64,000 nt of DNA from Chiloscyllium plagiosum (lineage: Eukaryota), in NCBI RefSeq assembly GCF_004010195.1, contig NC_057754.1:9175215-9239214 (forward strand), in the 5' to 3' direction. The notes beneath the pieces were generated by a model. It was not told where the DNA came from, made no database searches, and saw only the letters and a list, made by a program, of their open reading frames with translations. Made by a program: the position numbers and the translations under genes. Below, one piece after another: positions 37,440 through 49,043 of the stretch (positions are counted from its first letter, which is position 1; every line of letters starts with the position of its first letter).

Positions 37440-38640
37440 GTCACATACTGAGATAAGTGATATATTGTGTACTAACCAGACAAATCATACCTTACATAAG
37501 TATGAAGATCTTGACCCCCGGTGGGGTCTCTTGGTTCCACGATTGGTTAGTAAGCACTCACAATCTGTCTGGCTGTTTAAGACTTCACTTTTTATTTTTT
37601 CATACAGTCAGGTGCAGAGCACCCGGAAACACAGATGTTGAGCACATCCGTATTCCTTGGAGGAGCTGCACATGACAGCTTAATACAAAGACATTTTTAT
37701 ACTTTTCTTAAAGCAGGGTACAGGGCGTGATCGCATAGTAGATTCAAACAATTACAAATCAATACATGATATTGCTTCATTGGCAATTACTTGGTCCAGT
37801 GACATTAACTGGGCAACAACTATTGTCCCAATGCTTAGGTCACTTTTAGCTCACAACACAGAGCTGCTGCACCTGTGCCCAAAGGTCAGCCAGAAAAGTT
37901 AGTACTCTCTTGTCAAGTTACTTCTGTATTCTATAGGGCGCATTGTCTGCTAATCTCTTTTTGCAGCAGTCTGTGGTTAGTTGTTTATGCAACTCTAGCA
38001 GAATCAGCAGTTTGCAGCCGAGATGCCATTTTGTCATGCTAACTTGCATCAACAAGCCATCTTGTTGCCGTCTAAGTTACCAAGAGCATCCGTCAGGCGG
38101 TTTCTCATAATTGCAACTAGTCACACTAATCATGTGGGCGCAGGTCATGAGTCTCCATGTCCTCGCTCAGTTTGTATTCAGGTTTCAGACTCTCAAGTAC
38201 ATCAAGATAATAGAACAGAATGCAGAATATGGTGTTACAGCTACAGAGAAGGTGCAGAGAAAGATCAACTCTAATATATGAGAAGCCTATCTATTAGTCT
38301 GATAACATTGGGGAAGAAGCTGTTCTTAAACCTGTTGGTGTGTGCTTTCAAACTTTTGTATCTTCTGCCCGGAGGGCTTTGATTATGTTGGCTGCTTTCC
38401 TAAGGTAGTGAGGAATATTGGTGGAGTCAGTGGACGGAAGGCTGGTTTTCATGATGGACTGGGCTGTGTTCACAACTCTGTAACTTCTTGCGGTCTTGGG
38501 CAGTGCAGTTGCCATACCAAGCTGTGATGCATCTGGATAGGATGCTTTCTATGGTGCATCTTTAAAAATTGGTAAGAGTCATTGGGAACATGTCAAATTT
38601 TGTTAGTGTTCTGAGGAAGTAGAGGTGTTGGTGTGCTTTC
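37440..38640 (-). mobile_element. Rex1/Babar-like LINE 3' fragment interrupted by a solo LTR
   Basis: KKAHQHLYFLRTLTKFDMFPMTLTNF resembles the Rex1 motif KKAQQRLYFLRRLxKF. Confidence 0.75.
37503..38195. mobile_element. Solo LTR (TGA...TCA, ERV-like termini)
   Basis: tgaagatc...gactctca with perfect 4-bp TSD agta. Confidence 0.8.
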
Positions 38641-38779
38641 TTTGAGAATGTGTGTAGGGTATAAGCAGGCAGGGAAAGTGTTAAGTTCTGAGTTTTGTGA
38701 AACAAGAGGTTCAGCTGAGCATGACTCAGATCAGAAAAGAACTTACAGTTAACAATGGAGTGCTGGAGGCAAGGGTAAT

Positions 38780-38925
38780 GGGTTAACAAGGTGGAAAAGC
38801 AGTCATTATGTAGAGCCATTTAACAGTATTGGAAGCATTCATTGTGCAAGGTCAGCTAACAAGGGGAAAAGTATCCATTGTATAAATCCAGTTAACAAGG
38901 TTAAGAATATTCATTGTGTAATAGT
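38780..38925. repeat. Four diverged ~36-bp tandem units
   Basis: taacaag...cattg units at 38784, 38821, 38857 and 38893. Confidence 0.7.
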
Positions 38926-39107
38926 AAAGGGCTTGGTCTCTGCTATTGATACTAGCAGATTGCTCCTGGGTCCTGCTCACAAATCAGTTTTTCAGTTTAG
39001 AAGTTGATGAGGATGTTGGTTTGTCAAGGAAGTGCAGACAGAGCCAAACCTCTGGCACCATAAGCAGCCTGACTGTATAGAAGAGGAAGATAAGAGAAAA
39101 GGAGGAG

Positions 39108-39245
39108 CAATGCTAAATTGTCCGTAGTGTTAAGTAAGGGGTAAATGTAGGGGTATGGGTGGGTTGCGCTTCGATGGGTCAGTGTGGACTTGTTGGGCCG
39201 AAGGGCCTGTTTCCACACTGTAATCTAATCTAATCTAATCTAATA
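39108..39245 (+). mobile_element. HE1 3' fragment with (AATCT)n tail
   Basis: gctaaattgtccgtagtgtt...ttccacactgtaatctaatctaatc. Confidence 0.85.
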
Positions 39246-39249
39246 ATGA

Positions 39250-39600
39250 TAGAGGATTCATTAGGCAGACATTTCTGCACCCTGAGGGATGAGTTCATAC
39301 ATCAAGAATTTAGGGAATTAGGCAGTGGATTAAAAAGCAAGACTTCATGAGTTGTAATCTCTGGATTGCTCTCAATGTCATTTCCTAGTGTGTACAGAAA
39401 TAGAGGAATAGAGCAGATTAAGGTGTGGCTCGAGATTTGGTGCAGGAGGATTTTAGATATCTGGATCACTGAGACTACTTCTGAGGAAAGTGGAACAGGG
39501 TGCAACCGAACAAGAATGGGATCAACATCCTTGTGGGTGAGTTTGCTAGTGCTGTTGAGAGGGGTTTAAACTAGTTTGGCAGGGGGAGGGAACACAGATC
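39250..39600 (+). mobile_element. CR1 ORF1 SGNH/esterase-like remnant
   Basis: VVISGLLSMSFPSVYRNRGIEQIKVWLEIWCRR. Confidence 0.7.
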
Positions 39601-39627
39601 TTTAGTACAAGAAGAACAGACATAGCA

Positions 39628-40171
39628 AACTATAACACCGTAGTTGCATTACAGCGAAACTTCACTTAATAGACAATTGCTTAAGAAAATAGTAGGACCA
39701 ATGCGGAAAAGTGGGGTTGGAGCAGACCAGCAAAAATTATCACTCCAGATCGCTTAAAAATCACCCAAAAGTCTAACACGAAGTATATCACAGTCTGAAT
39801 GAAGATTGAAATCATATTTATTGACAAAAGTAAATTTAACAAAGTACATTTAAAAAATCTAAGAAAGTTGCTCTCAGTACAGAACCTCTCACAGAAAGTT
39901 GTTCTGTCAGCAGCTGACATCGGTGCATGTGCAGTGTGGCACAAAGACCTTCGCTGATTTTGTGCATGCGCAGAACAGTGCGGACATCAGCACATGTGCA
40001 GAATGCCATGAGCATCGACGCATGCACAGAACGAAGCGGGTGAACTGAGCCCTGTGGGAATCATGCTATTGCAGAAGAGGTAAGCGTTCTCGATGATACC
40101 GATCCCTAATTCTTCAGTGACGTTCTAGCCAAATCGTGCTGCTGAAAAGCATGTTATCCCAGAACTACTCG
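39628..40171. mobile_element. Non-autonomous Tc1/mariner (Tigger-like) MITE
   Basis: Reverse-complement homolog of 59689-60162. Terminal gttat..agaactactcg followed by TA. Confidence 0.65.
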
Positions 40172-40359
40172 TATAGTAAAGGAACCGTGACACAGGGAGT
40201 TCAAGGGAGTAGGATGAGGCTGGACGACCTCTCCTTTAAAGCTTGGAGCATTATAGGTCCAACATGGGAGACTGATGAAAGGAAAAGAGCATGCTATTCA
40301 GGGTAACTTGGCATATTGGATCCAAAATCCATGAAGGATTGACATAGTGGGAAGACATT

Positions 40360-40580
40360 GAAATTTCTGAGAGCTCACAGTAACAAGATACTGTTATTCT
40401 TCCCTCCTGTTGAGGATCAACGTAGTGGGTATTCATTGCTGATGCACCAGCAAGCTCCCAATAGTAAGAGGCCATTCAACTACTCAATACGTGTGAAGAG
40501 ATTCAGCAAGTCACTTCATCTTGTGGAGCATCAGCACCTTCATACTTACAAGAGAGAATTCTGCTGCTCTCAGTTTGGGG
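40360..40580 (+). pseudogene. Decayed C2H2 ZNF remnant
   Basis: LLMHQQAPNSKRPFNYSIRVKRFSKSLHLVEHQHLHTYKREFCCSQFG. Confidence 0.7.
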
Positions 40581-40849
40581 GTGTAAAAATAAAATGTCCA
40601 GTAACTGTTCAGGCAGTATCCATGGAGAAGGAAAGAGTTGAATGTGACATGCCTTTGAATCTCTCAATGAGGTGCTGGATTTTGGAAGAAGATAGAGTGA
40701 GAGGAAATGTACACATCATGGCAGAGCTGTATAGAGTGTGTAAGGACATAGGGACTGAGAGATTGATGCATGCACATCTTTGAAAGTGACAGGATACAAT
40801 GAGAGGGCAGTTAGCAAGCTTTGTGGGGCCATTGGCTTCAGAGAAACAA

Positions 40850-43275
40850 ACAAACAAATGAGTCGGCAATTCAGCCCTTTCCACCATCCCATGCAATCAT
40901 AGCAGATCATCCAACTAAGTACCCTGTTCTCATTTTTTCCCCATACTCATCAATTCCTTCAGCCCTAAGAACTATATCTAACTCCTTCTTGAAAATAGTC
41001 AATGTTTTGGCATTAGCTGCCTTCTGTGACAGAGATTTCCACAGGGTCACTACTTTCTGGATGAAGAAATTACTCCTTATCTCAGTCCTAAATGGCCTAC
41101 CCTGTTTTCTTAGACCGTGACCCTGATTCTGTACTTCCCAGTCATTGGGAATATCTTTCCCACGTTTACCGTTCCTGGTCCTGTTAGACGTATAGGTTTC
41201 CATGAGAGATTCCCCACTCATTCTTCAGGACTTTAGCGAAAACAGTCCTAACCGATTCAGTCTCTCTTCAAATGTCAGTTCTGTAAAACTTTGTTGCATT
41301 CCCTCCATAGCCAGAACATCATTCCTCAGATAAGGAGACTAAAACTGCATACAATTCTCCAGATGTGGTTTCATCAAGGAGATATACAATTACTGAAAGA
41401 CATCCCTGCTACCCTATTTGAATCCTTTTGCTATGAAAGCTAACATGCCATTGCCGCCTTCACCTGCTGTATCTACATGCTTATTTTCAATGACTGGTGT
41501 ATAAGGTCTCATTTCCCAATCTGTTGCCATTCAAGATGATAATCTTCCTTCCTGTTTTTGCTACCAGAATAGATAACCTCACATTTTCCCACAGTATAAT
41601 TAATCTGCCATGCATTTCTGCCCACTCATTCATCTTATTCAAATCACACTGAAGCATCTCTGTATCCTCATTACAGTTCACGCTTTGTGTCATCTGCAAA
41701 CTGGGAGATATTACTTTTAGTTCCTTCACTTAAATTGTTAACATTATTGTGAATAGCTGGGGTCTAAGCACTAGTCACAGTCTGTCACTAGCAAAATGGC
41801 TCATTTATTCTTACTCTGTTTCCTGGCTAGTGAGTTTTCCATCCATATCAGTAGAATACCTGAATCCTGTGCTCTTTATGGGAACCTTATTGAAAGCCTT
41901 CTGAAAGCCCAAGTAAACCACATCCACCGGCTCCCCTCTTACTAATTCTGTGAGTCACAACCGCAAAGATTTCTCATAGATTTGCCAAGTATGGTTTTGC
42001 ATTTGTAAATCCATGCTGATTCTGTCTAATCCTGTCATAGAGTCAGAGAATCATAGAGCATGGAAGCAGACCCTTTGGCACAATTTGTCCATGCCGACCA
42101 GGTTTTCTAAACTGAACTAGACCTATTTGTCTGCATTTAGTCTATATTCTTCTAAACCTTTCCTATCCATGTACTTGTCCAAATGTTGTAATTGTAACCA
42201 CCTCTATCATTTCCTCTGACAGCTAATTCCATACATGCACCTTTGTGTGGAAAACATTGTCCCCTAGGTCTTTTTTAAATCTTTCCCCTAGCACCTTTAA
42301 ACCTGTGCCCTCTAGTTTTGGACTCCGCTACCATGGGGAAAAGACTTTGGTTATTCACCCTATAAGATTTTATAAACCTCAAAAGGTCACCCCTCAGCCT
42401 CCTATGCTCCAGGGAAGAAAGTCCCAGCCTATCCAGCCTCTCCTTATAACACAAACCCTTCAGTGTTGGTAATACCTTGTAAATTTTGTTTTGTATCTTC
42501 TCCAGTTTAATAACATCCTTCCTTTATCAGGGCAACCAGAGTTGTATGCAGTGGCCTTACCAATGTCTTGTACAGCTGTAACATGACAACCCAACTCCTA
42601 CTCAGTGCTCTAACCGATGATGGCTAGCATGCCAAATCCCTTCTTCATCACTTTGTCTACCTGTGTTGCCACTTTCAAAAAACTATGTACCTGTACCTCT
42701 GGGTCTCTCTGTAGGACAACACTGCCTCGGGCCCTACCATTAACTGTGTGAGACCTGAGTCGAGAGTGGGGTGCTGGAATCGGAGAAGCAGGAGAATCGA
42801 TGTTTCGGGCAAGAGCCTTTCATCAACTAGGAGAAAGTGAGGACTGCAAATGCTGGAGATCAGAATCGAGAGTGGGGTGCTGGAAAAGCATCCAAGGAGC
42901 AGGTGAATCGAGACCTGCCTTAGTTTGTCCTAGCAAAATGCAACACCTCACATTTATCTGAATTAAACTCTATCTGCCATTCCTCGGCCCACTGGCCCAG
43001 TTCATCAAGATCCTACTGTATTCCTCGATAGCCTTTCTTACTATATCACTAATTTTGGTGTCATCTGCAAACATACTAAGTATGCCTGCTATAATCTCAC
43101 CTCAATCATTTACCAAGTGCTTTGCTATTAAATCTTTTCTAATGGAATCTAGTGTTTTCCCTATTAACTATGTCAGGCTAACTGATCTATAATTCCCTGA
43201 TTTCTCTCTTCCTCCTTTTTTTAGATAGTGGGGTTACATTAGCTGCCCTCCAGTCCAAAGGAACTGTTTAAAGTC
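40850..43275 (-). mobile_element. Nested CR1/HER1 LINE fragments
   Basis: Minus strand FRTEIRSNFFIQKVVTLWKSL, FADDT motifs (41690, 43060) and NYRSVSLT. Confidence 0.8.
42757..42909 (-). mobile_element. Penelope family A partial tandem pLTRs
   Basis: Two partial copies (gagtcgagagtggggtgctggaa), HHR remnant tttcgggcaagagcctttcatca, flanked by gagacctg repeats. Confidence 0.75.
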
Positions 43276-43324
43276 CATATGTTTGTAAAAGGTGGAACCT
43301 CTTCCCCACCCCACCCCCCCCCCG

Positions 43325-43540
43325 CCACACCAGGGTGTGGCCTCAGGCCTCTACTGTACTCCCTGTACATCCATGACTGTGTTGCCAAATTCCAAACAAA
43401 CACCATCTACAATTTTGCTGATGACACCACTGTGGTAGGACAGATATCTAACAATGATGAGTCAGAATACAGAAAGGAGATAGTGGGCTTGGTGGCATCG
43501 TACAATGAGATCAACCTCTCTCAACATTGGCAAAACTAAC
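43325..43540 (+). mobile_element. Rex1/Babar-like RT fragment
   Basis: PLLYSLYIHDCVAKF...NFADDTTVVGQISNNDESEYR. Confidence 0.85.
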
Positions 43541-43739
43541 AATGACATGTAATTATTGTAATGCAAAAGATATATAAATGTTGTATTCAGCTGAAGCACT
43601 GTCACTGTCCTCCAGTCTGAGCTATATTTAAGAGGGCAAGCAGTCCCCATGTGAAAACTAGATTTGCGTGGTCTCTGGCCTCTCACACATGTGGCAAAAC
43701 AACTCTGATTAAAGATCACTCGTACTGCCAACATAGAAC

Positions 43740-44360
43740 TTAAGACTCCAAAAGTTTTAACAGAAAGGGATTCACTTGGTGAGTCAGTCTGCAGATATAC
43801 CAGTGAGTTCACACTGGGGAGATGCCATTCACTATTGTGGGAAGAAATTAAATTCAGTCATCCCAAGCACTGATACATCAGTGCATTCATATTGGAGAGA
43901 GGCCATTCCCTGGATCCTCTGATGCACTAAAACAACAATGATATGCATTAAGGAGGGATCACCAGGTCGTGGACTGTCAGGTCAGTGGAAGTAAGTGATA
44001 TTTACCCTCCAGTCACCTAAATATGTTTGCTTCTGCTGTTACTCACATCTCAAACTGAACCATGCTCATTCTGACAGTTTACATTTATTAGCCATGATGT
44101 GAAGGTGCTGGTATTGGATTGGGGTGGACGAGGTCCGGAGTCCATTGACACCAGGTTATGGTCCAACAGGTTTATTTGAAATCACAAGCTTTTGGAATGC
44201 TGCTCCTTCATCAGGTGAAGTGTCACTTCCAACTAAACCTGATGGACCATAACCTGGTGTTGTGTGACTTCTGACATTTATTAGTACTGACGTGCATAGT
44301 TTTTGTCACTTTGCTTGAGTTTGATATCTTTATATTGGTTAAGTAAATCAACTCAGTCTG
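43740..44360 (+). pseudogene. Decayed ZNF 3' end with family-type 3' tail
   Basis: KGFTW...Q*VHTGEMPFT...HQCIHIGERPF, then ctgctgttactcacatctcaaactgaaccatg, homologous to the tails at 17640 and 24045. Confidence 0.7.
44092..44273 (-). mobile_element. Penelope family B hairpin insertion
   Basis: Inverted arms, HHR-like cctgatgaaggagcagcattcc on minus, 11-bp TSD acatttattag. Confidence 0.85.
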
Positions 44361-44479
44361 TTAAATCCATGATTTCTCCACGATCAGAGGAGATGAAGTG
44401 AAGTCCTGTTACAGACTGGGTCTACAAATAGGGGTGTATTTACCCACACCTCCTTACAATTGAGAAGACCTATCTAGTC

Positions 44480-44642
44480 AAAGACAAAAATCACACGACG
44501 CCAGGTTATAGTCCAACGTGTTTATTTGAAAACACTAGCTTTCGGAGCGCTGTTCCTTCGTCAGGTGCTGGTGTTGGACTGTAACCTGCTGTCCAGTGAT
44601 TTTTGGACCATTTCCAGCACCACCTCTAGACTCTCCACATCC
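44480..44642 (+). mobile_element. Penelope family B hairpin with intact hammerhead
   Basis: Minus strand cac-CTGACGA-aggaacagcgctcc-GAAAGCTA-gtg at 44533-44567. Confidence 0.8.
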
Positions 44643-44644
44643 CA

Positions 44645-44960
44645 GCCATACCACTGCAGAGCAATGCGCAGGCGCAGTGCCAGACGTTGTGCAGAGCATG
44701 CGCAGACTCAACGGCAGAGAGGTGCTGGTGTCTCGGGACCGCAAACGGTGAGAATGAAGGCGGAGACCGAGGGCGTGGTGGATCCGGTGGGTGAATGGGA
44801 AGACTCCGAAAACTCGCCGTTGAAGGCGAAAACCACCAGAAATAACTGATCGATTCCCCCGTTTGCGCAGAGTGAGGGTACAGCTGAAGGCTTCATTCTT
44901 CATCTAGGCGCCGGTCCCCACCGCCATGTTTGTTGTTGTAGGCGCATGCTCAGACAACAG
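44645..44960 (+). promoter_or_regulatory. CpG-island promoter and putative exon 1 of ZNF 49044-49994
   Basis: NRF1-like tgcgcaggcgca 44665 and gcatgcgca 44697, GTGAG/GTGGGT donors near 44748 and 44787, YY1-like ccgccatg near 44921. Confidence 0.65.
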
Positions 44961-45514
44961 CTCCAGTGCAGGGGGCCCTGGACAGGCAAAGGTCTTGAGA
45001 TTACTTTAACAGAGTGGGAACAACTTCCCCCATCAAACTGCTTCCTGCCCCCATGTGCCCCAAGATATGTGGTTCTGTCCATCCACCTGAAAACCCTCAG
45101 CAGCTACACGTGACCCTGAGGAGTCAACAGCCTTGAATTGTGGGTCAGTCGACGAGGGTCGACATGTAGCAGGGTTCCTTCTGGGCCAGGCAGCAAAGCG
45201 AGAGAATATTACGAATTTCTACCCTAGACTGACATTGATGGAGTTTATAAATTTCTTTTTCACCAGATTAAAAGAGAAATTTGAAAATAGGGCCCTAAAA
45301 TCAAACAGCATGTCAAAATATGACAATCATTCAATACATCAGGACCTGGACATTAACGGCATTTAAGTGTAAACGTTGAGCTCCAGGTCATTAAAACTTG
45401 GAAAACCTTTTCATTGAATTCCCATGTACACATTGTTAAAACTGTGTCCCTTAATCCTTTGTGATCAGCTAATGGGAAGAGTTTATATTATCCACCTTAT
45501 TTCAATATGCCCTA

Positions 45515-45817
45515 ATTAGATTAAATTAGATGCCCTACAGTATGGAAACAGACCCTTCGGCCCAACAAGTCCACACCGACCTCTGAAGAATTACCCACCC
45601 AGACCCATTCCCCTAAAACTATGGGCAATTTAGCATAGCCAATTCACCTGGCCTGCACATCTTTGGATTGTAGGAGGAAACCGGAGCACCCGGAGGAAAC
45701 CACGCAGACACGGGGAGAATGTGCAAACTCCACACAAAATCGACCGAGGCGGGAATTGAACCCAAGTCTGTGGTGCTGTGAGGCAGCAGTGCTAACCACT
45801 GAGCCACTGTACCGCCC
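45515..45817 (-). mobile_element. HE1 SINE, near full length
   Basis: Reverse head, V-domain and tail. Confidence 0.9.
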
Positions 45818-46369
45818 CAAAAATATGGAACGCTCCACAAATTTGTATCTCTCTTTATCCAATGTCCTTAGAACCACCTTTCCTCCAAAGAGAACAAACC
45901 CAGTTCCACCAATCTAACCATGAAACTGATATCTGTCAAAATAGATTTACTCTGGTAAATCTATTGTACACCCACACATTTTTCGTGATGTGCGCTGATC
46001 ACAGTTTGTGTTGATGCAGGTGCTCTGCATTTTATATGCCCTTCCAATATCTTTCCAGCTGCAGATTTCAGTGCTGTGCTCTGTTGCCGTTGAGAGATTG
46101 TACAGCACTAGGCCTGGTGTGACACCTGTACTGTGGACTTGAAAATATGTAAATTCATTGCTCTTTTTCCCACTGTCCTACTTGATCACTTCCTAGCCAT
46201 GGCAGAACTACTTTTCCTTCAGGTAGTTTTGCTATGTTTAGGTCTCTTCTGTTATTTTCACTCATGGTATCTGAATGAGAATGCCACTGTTGCCCATCTA
46301 CTGACCACATGCTGCTGACTTACCAGCTCTATCTTCTAGTGTGATCTTTTTTAATCAGGATTTCATAGA

Positions 46370-46532
46370 CACAGAATCCATACAATGTGGAAACAGGCCA
46401 TTAGGCCCAACAAGTCCACGCCAACCCTCTGAAGAATAACCCTCTCAGACCCATTCACCTACTCAATTACTCTACATTTACCCCTGATTAATGCGCATAA
46501 CCTACACATCACTGAACACTATGGGCAATTTG
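46370..46532 (-). mobile_element. HE1 3' fragment
   Basis: gtggaaacaggccattaggcccaacaagtcc...ctatgggcaattt. Confidence 0.8.
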
Positions 46533-47059
46533 GCACTTATCTTTTCTTTCCAAGCTTATATTGACCATTGAATTCTGCTTGCTTATTACCCGTAATTCAT
46601 TCTACACATCTTGAAATATTAAATTTGTTTGTCCACAAATATTGCTAATTCTAGTATTTTTTTTCAGATTTCCAGCAGCTTCAGTCGTTTGCTACTATCT
46701 TATTGCAGGCTTGCTCCCAGAACTGAGTCTAGAAACATGGGCAGGCTAGTTAACAGTCAGTTTTTATTAGTATGGATATCAGTGGTTGGCTCCTCTTGAT
46801 TTTTTTTCCAGAGAATCTTTGAATGACTTCTTTGCAGCAGAAATCTGCTAGTACCTGCTCCCGTCCCTATTGCCTAAGTGTGTTTGATCTTGAACTGCTG
46901 CAGTCAGTATTTTGCAGGTGCTCTCACAAAGCTGTTAGGCAAGGAGTTAAAGTTTATGCTTGTGGTGACAAAGAAGGTACAGTGACATTTGTTTAAAACA
47001 ATAGTACCCTCTGTTAATATAGCACCTTTCATGTTAAAACATTCCTGTGTGTTATAGGT

Positions 47060-47830
47060 CAATATTTGACACTTAGTAAATATGGGAAATGTAAGTTATC
47101 AACTTTGGTGGGAGGCGCAGATGTCCAGAGATAAGATGTTGGAAAGTGTAGTTGTACAGAGGGATCTAGGTATCCTTGTCAATAAGACATGAAGAGCTGA
47201 CATGCAGTTTCAGCAAAGTATTAGAAGGGCTAATGGAATGTTAGCCTTTATTGCAAGACGATTTGAGTACAGGAGTAGTAAAGTGTTGCTTCAATTGTAT
47301 AGGAGCTTAGTTTGACCGTACTTGGAGTACCATGCGCAGTTTTGATCTCTTTAACTTAGGAAAGATATTACATTTCCTCTGTGGCCATAACACACATTCA
47401 CTAGACTTGTTCCAAAGATGTCAGGACTATCATATGAAGAGACATTTGGCAAACTGGCCTACATTCACAGAGGTTTCACAGAACGAGAGGCAATCTTATT
47501 AAAACTTACAAATACACTTGCAGTGATAGAAAGGATAAATTCAGGTAAGATGTTTCTTCTGGTTGGAGAGGCGGGAGGGGGTGGTTTGCAATTTAAATCT
47601 AAGGGGGATGTCACTTAGGTCTTTGAAGAGAATTTTGTTTAGTCAGAGGGTTATGAATCTTTGCAATCTCTACCATAGAGAACTGAGGAAGTGCAGTCTT
47701 TGAGAGTATTCTTAAGGTTGAGATTGGGGTTGATGTGGATGCAAGGCATTGAAATGTTTGGTCAGATATAATCGTACTGAGTGGCAAGCTCAACAGATTA
47801 AATGTCTTACTCTGGTTCCTGTGTTTGTAT
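47060..47830 (+). mobile_element. CR1 LINE 3' fragment
   Basis: LLQLYRSLV*PYLEYHAQF motif. Confidence 0.8.
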
Positions 47831-47834
47831 TAAG

Positions 47835-48540
47835 GATAGATGAGCAAGGCTTTGTTCAGAGGTCAAATTTAAGGAGTATTGTAAAAGAGATGAAGAGGTT
47901 TATGGAGAAAATTCCATTACTTACTGAAAGCATGACTAACAAAGGTGGAGAGAATAAGAGTGGGAACAATGAGGAGGCTCGAATTTGAGGAGCACATATA
48001 TGTGGGAAGGTTGAGAAGCTGGAGGATATTGTCGAGATTGTGAGGGGTGAGACAATGGATGGATTTGAAAATAGGCATGATAAATTTGAAAACACATGCT
48101 TCTTAAGCCAGAGTCTTCACTGGTCAAGAGAGCATGATGTGGTGAGTGAACAAGATTTGGTGTGAGGCACAACGGACTGAAGCGCTTTGGGTGACCTCAA
48201 GATTACAGGGAGGTTGAATGCGGTTGGGAGTGCTTTAGAATGGAAAAGTCTACAGGTAGCAGTAGAATGATGGGAGTCTCAGTAGCAGCTGAGACTAAGG
48301 TGGAATCAAACAAAATTACGGACGTGGAAAAGGCGATCTTGGTGATGATGGGGATACGAGGGTGAAAGTTTATTTTGAAGTGAAATATTTCATCATGGTT
48401 CAGCCTTAGACAGTTGCGATGGATAGACTCGAGGGAATGGGGTTTTTAGGAGGGACTGGAGACAATGGCTTTGATTTGTTCAGTACCTAAAAGAATGAAA
48501 TTTGTGTTTATCCAGTACTGGATATCAGATGAGTCAATGC
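47835..48540 (-). mobile_element. L2-type LINE remnant
   Basis: Purine-rich sequence resembling decayed reverse-strand L2 ORF2 3' regions; no intact motif. Confidence 0.45.
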
Positions 48541-49043
48541 TGTGTGAGACCTGGAGGAGATGGCGTTCTTTTTACCTGATAATCTCATCTTTCAAGTTGA
48601 TTGGTCTGTCAAAATTCTGATTGATTTGTAGTTTATATAAAGTCCCTCTCCTTCATTACCAGCTGCTGCCATCTCTCTTTCTCTCTCTCTGTCTGTCTCA
48701 CACATCTGTCCTCAGAAGAAGCATGTTGCATTCTCCTGGACTAGATGGCAGGTTCCCTTCCCTGAAGGACATTTCGTGAAAGACATTCAGTTTAGTGACA
48801 ATGCATGGTCACTTTCCCCTGATGCTGGCCCCACATATGACCAGATTCGCTCAGCTCTATCACACAACCTGCTATGTTTTAGTAGGTTTTCTCTCTCACT
48901 TCCTTTGTTTTTTGTTTTAAGTTAATTTCACGAGATATCAGAAGGGAAGGATATGCAGACAGAGACTTCAAACTGAACATCACATTACATCAGGATCTGG
49001 CAGAGTCGCTCAACTTATCACAAAGTATCATAGCGTTTTGAAC

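Noticed and set aside
45102-45170. Hairpin gctacacgtgaccct...agggtcgacatgtagc containing CTGAGGA, as a hammerhead
   Set aside because: No helix II followed by GAAA; likely chance.
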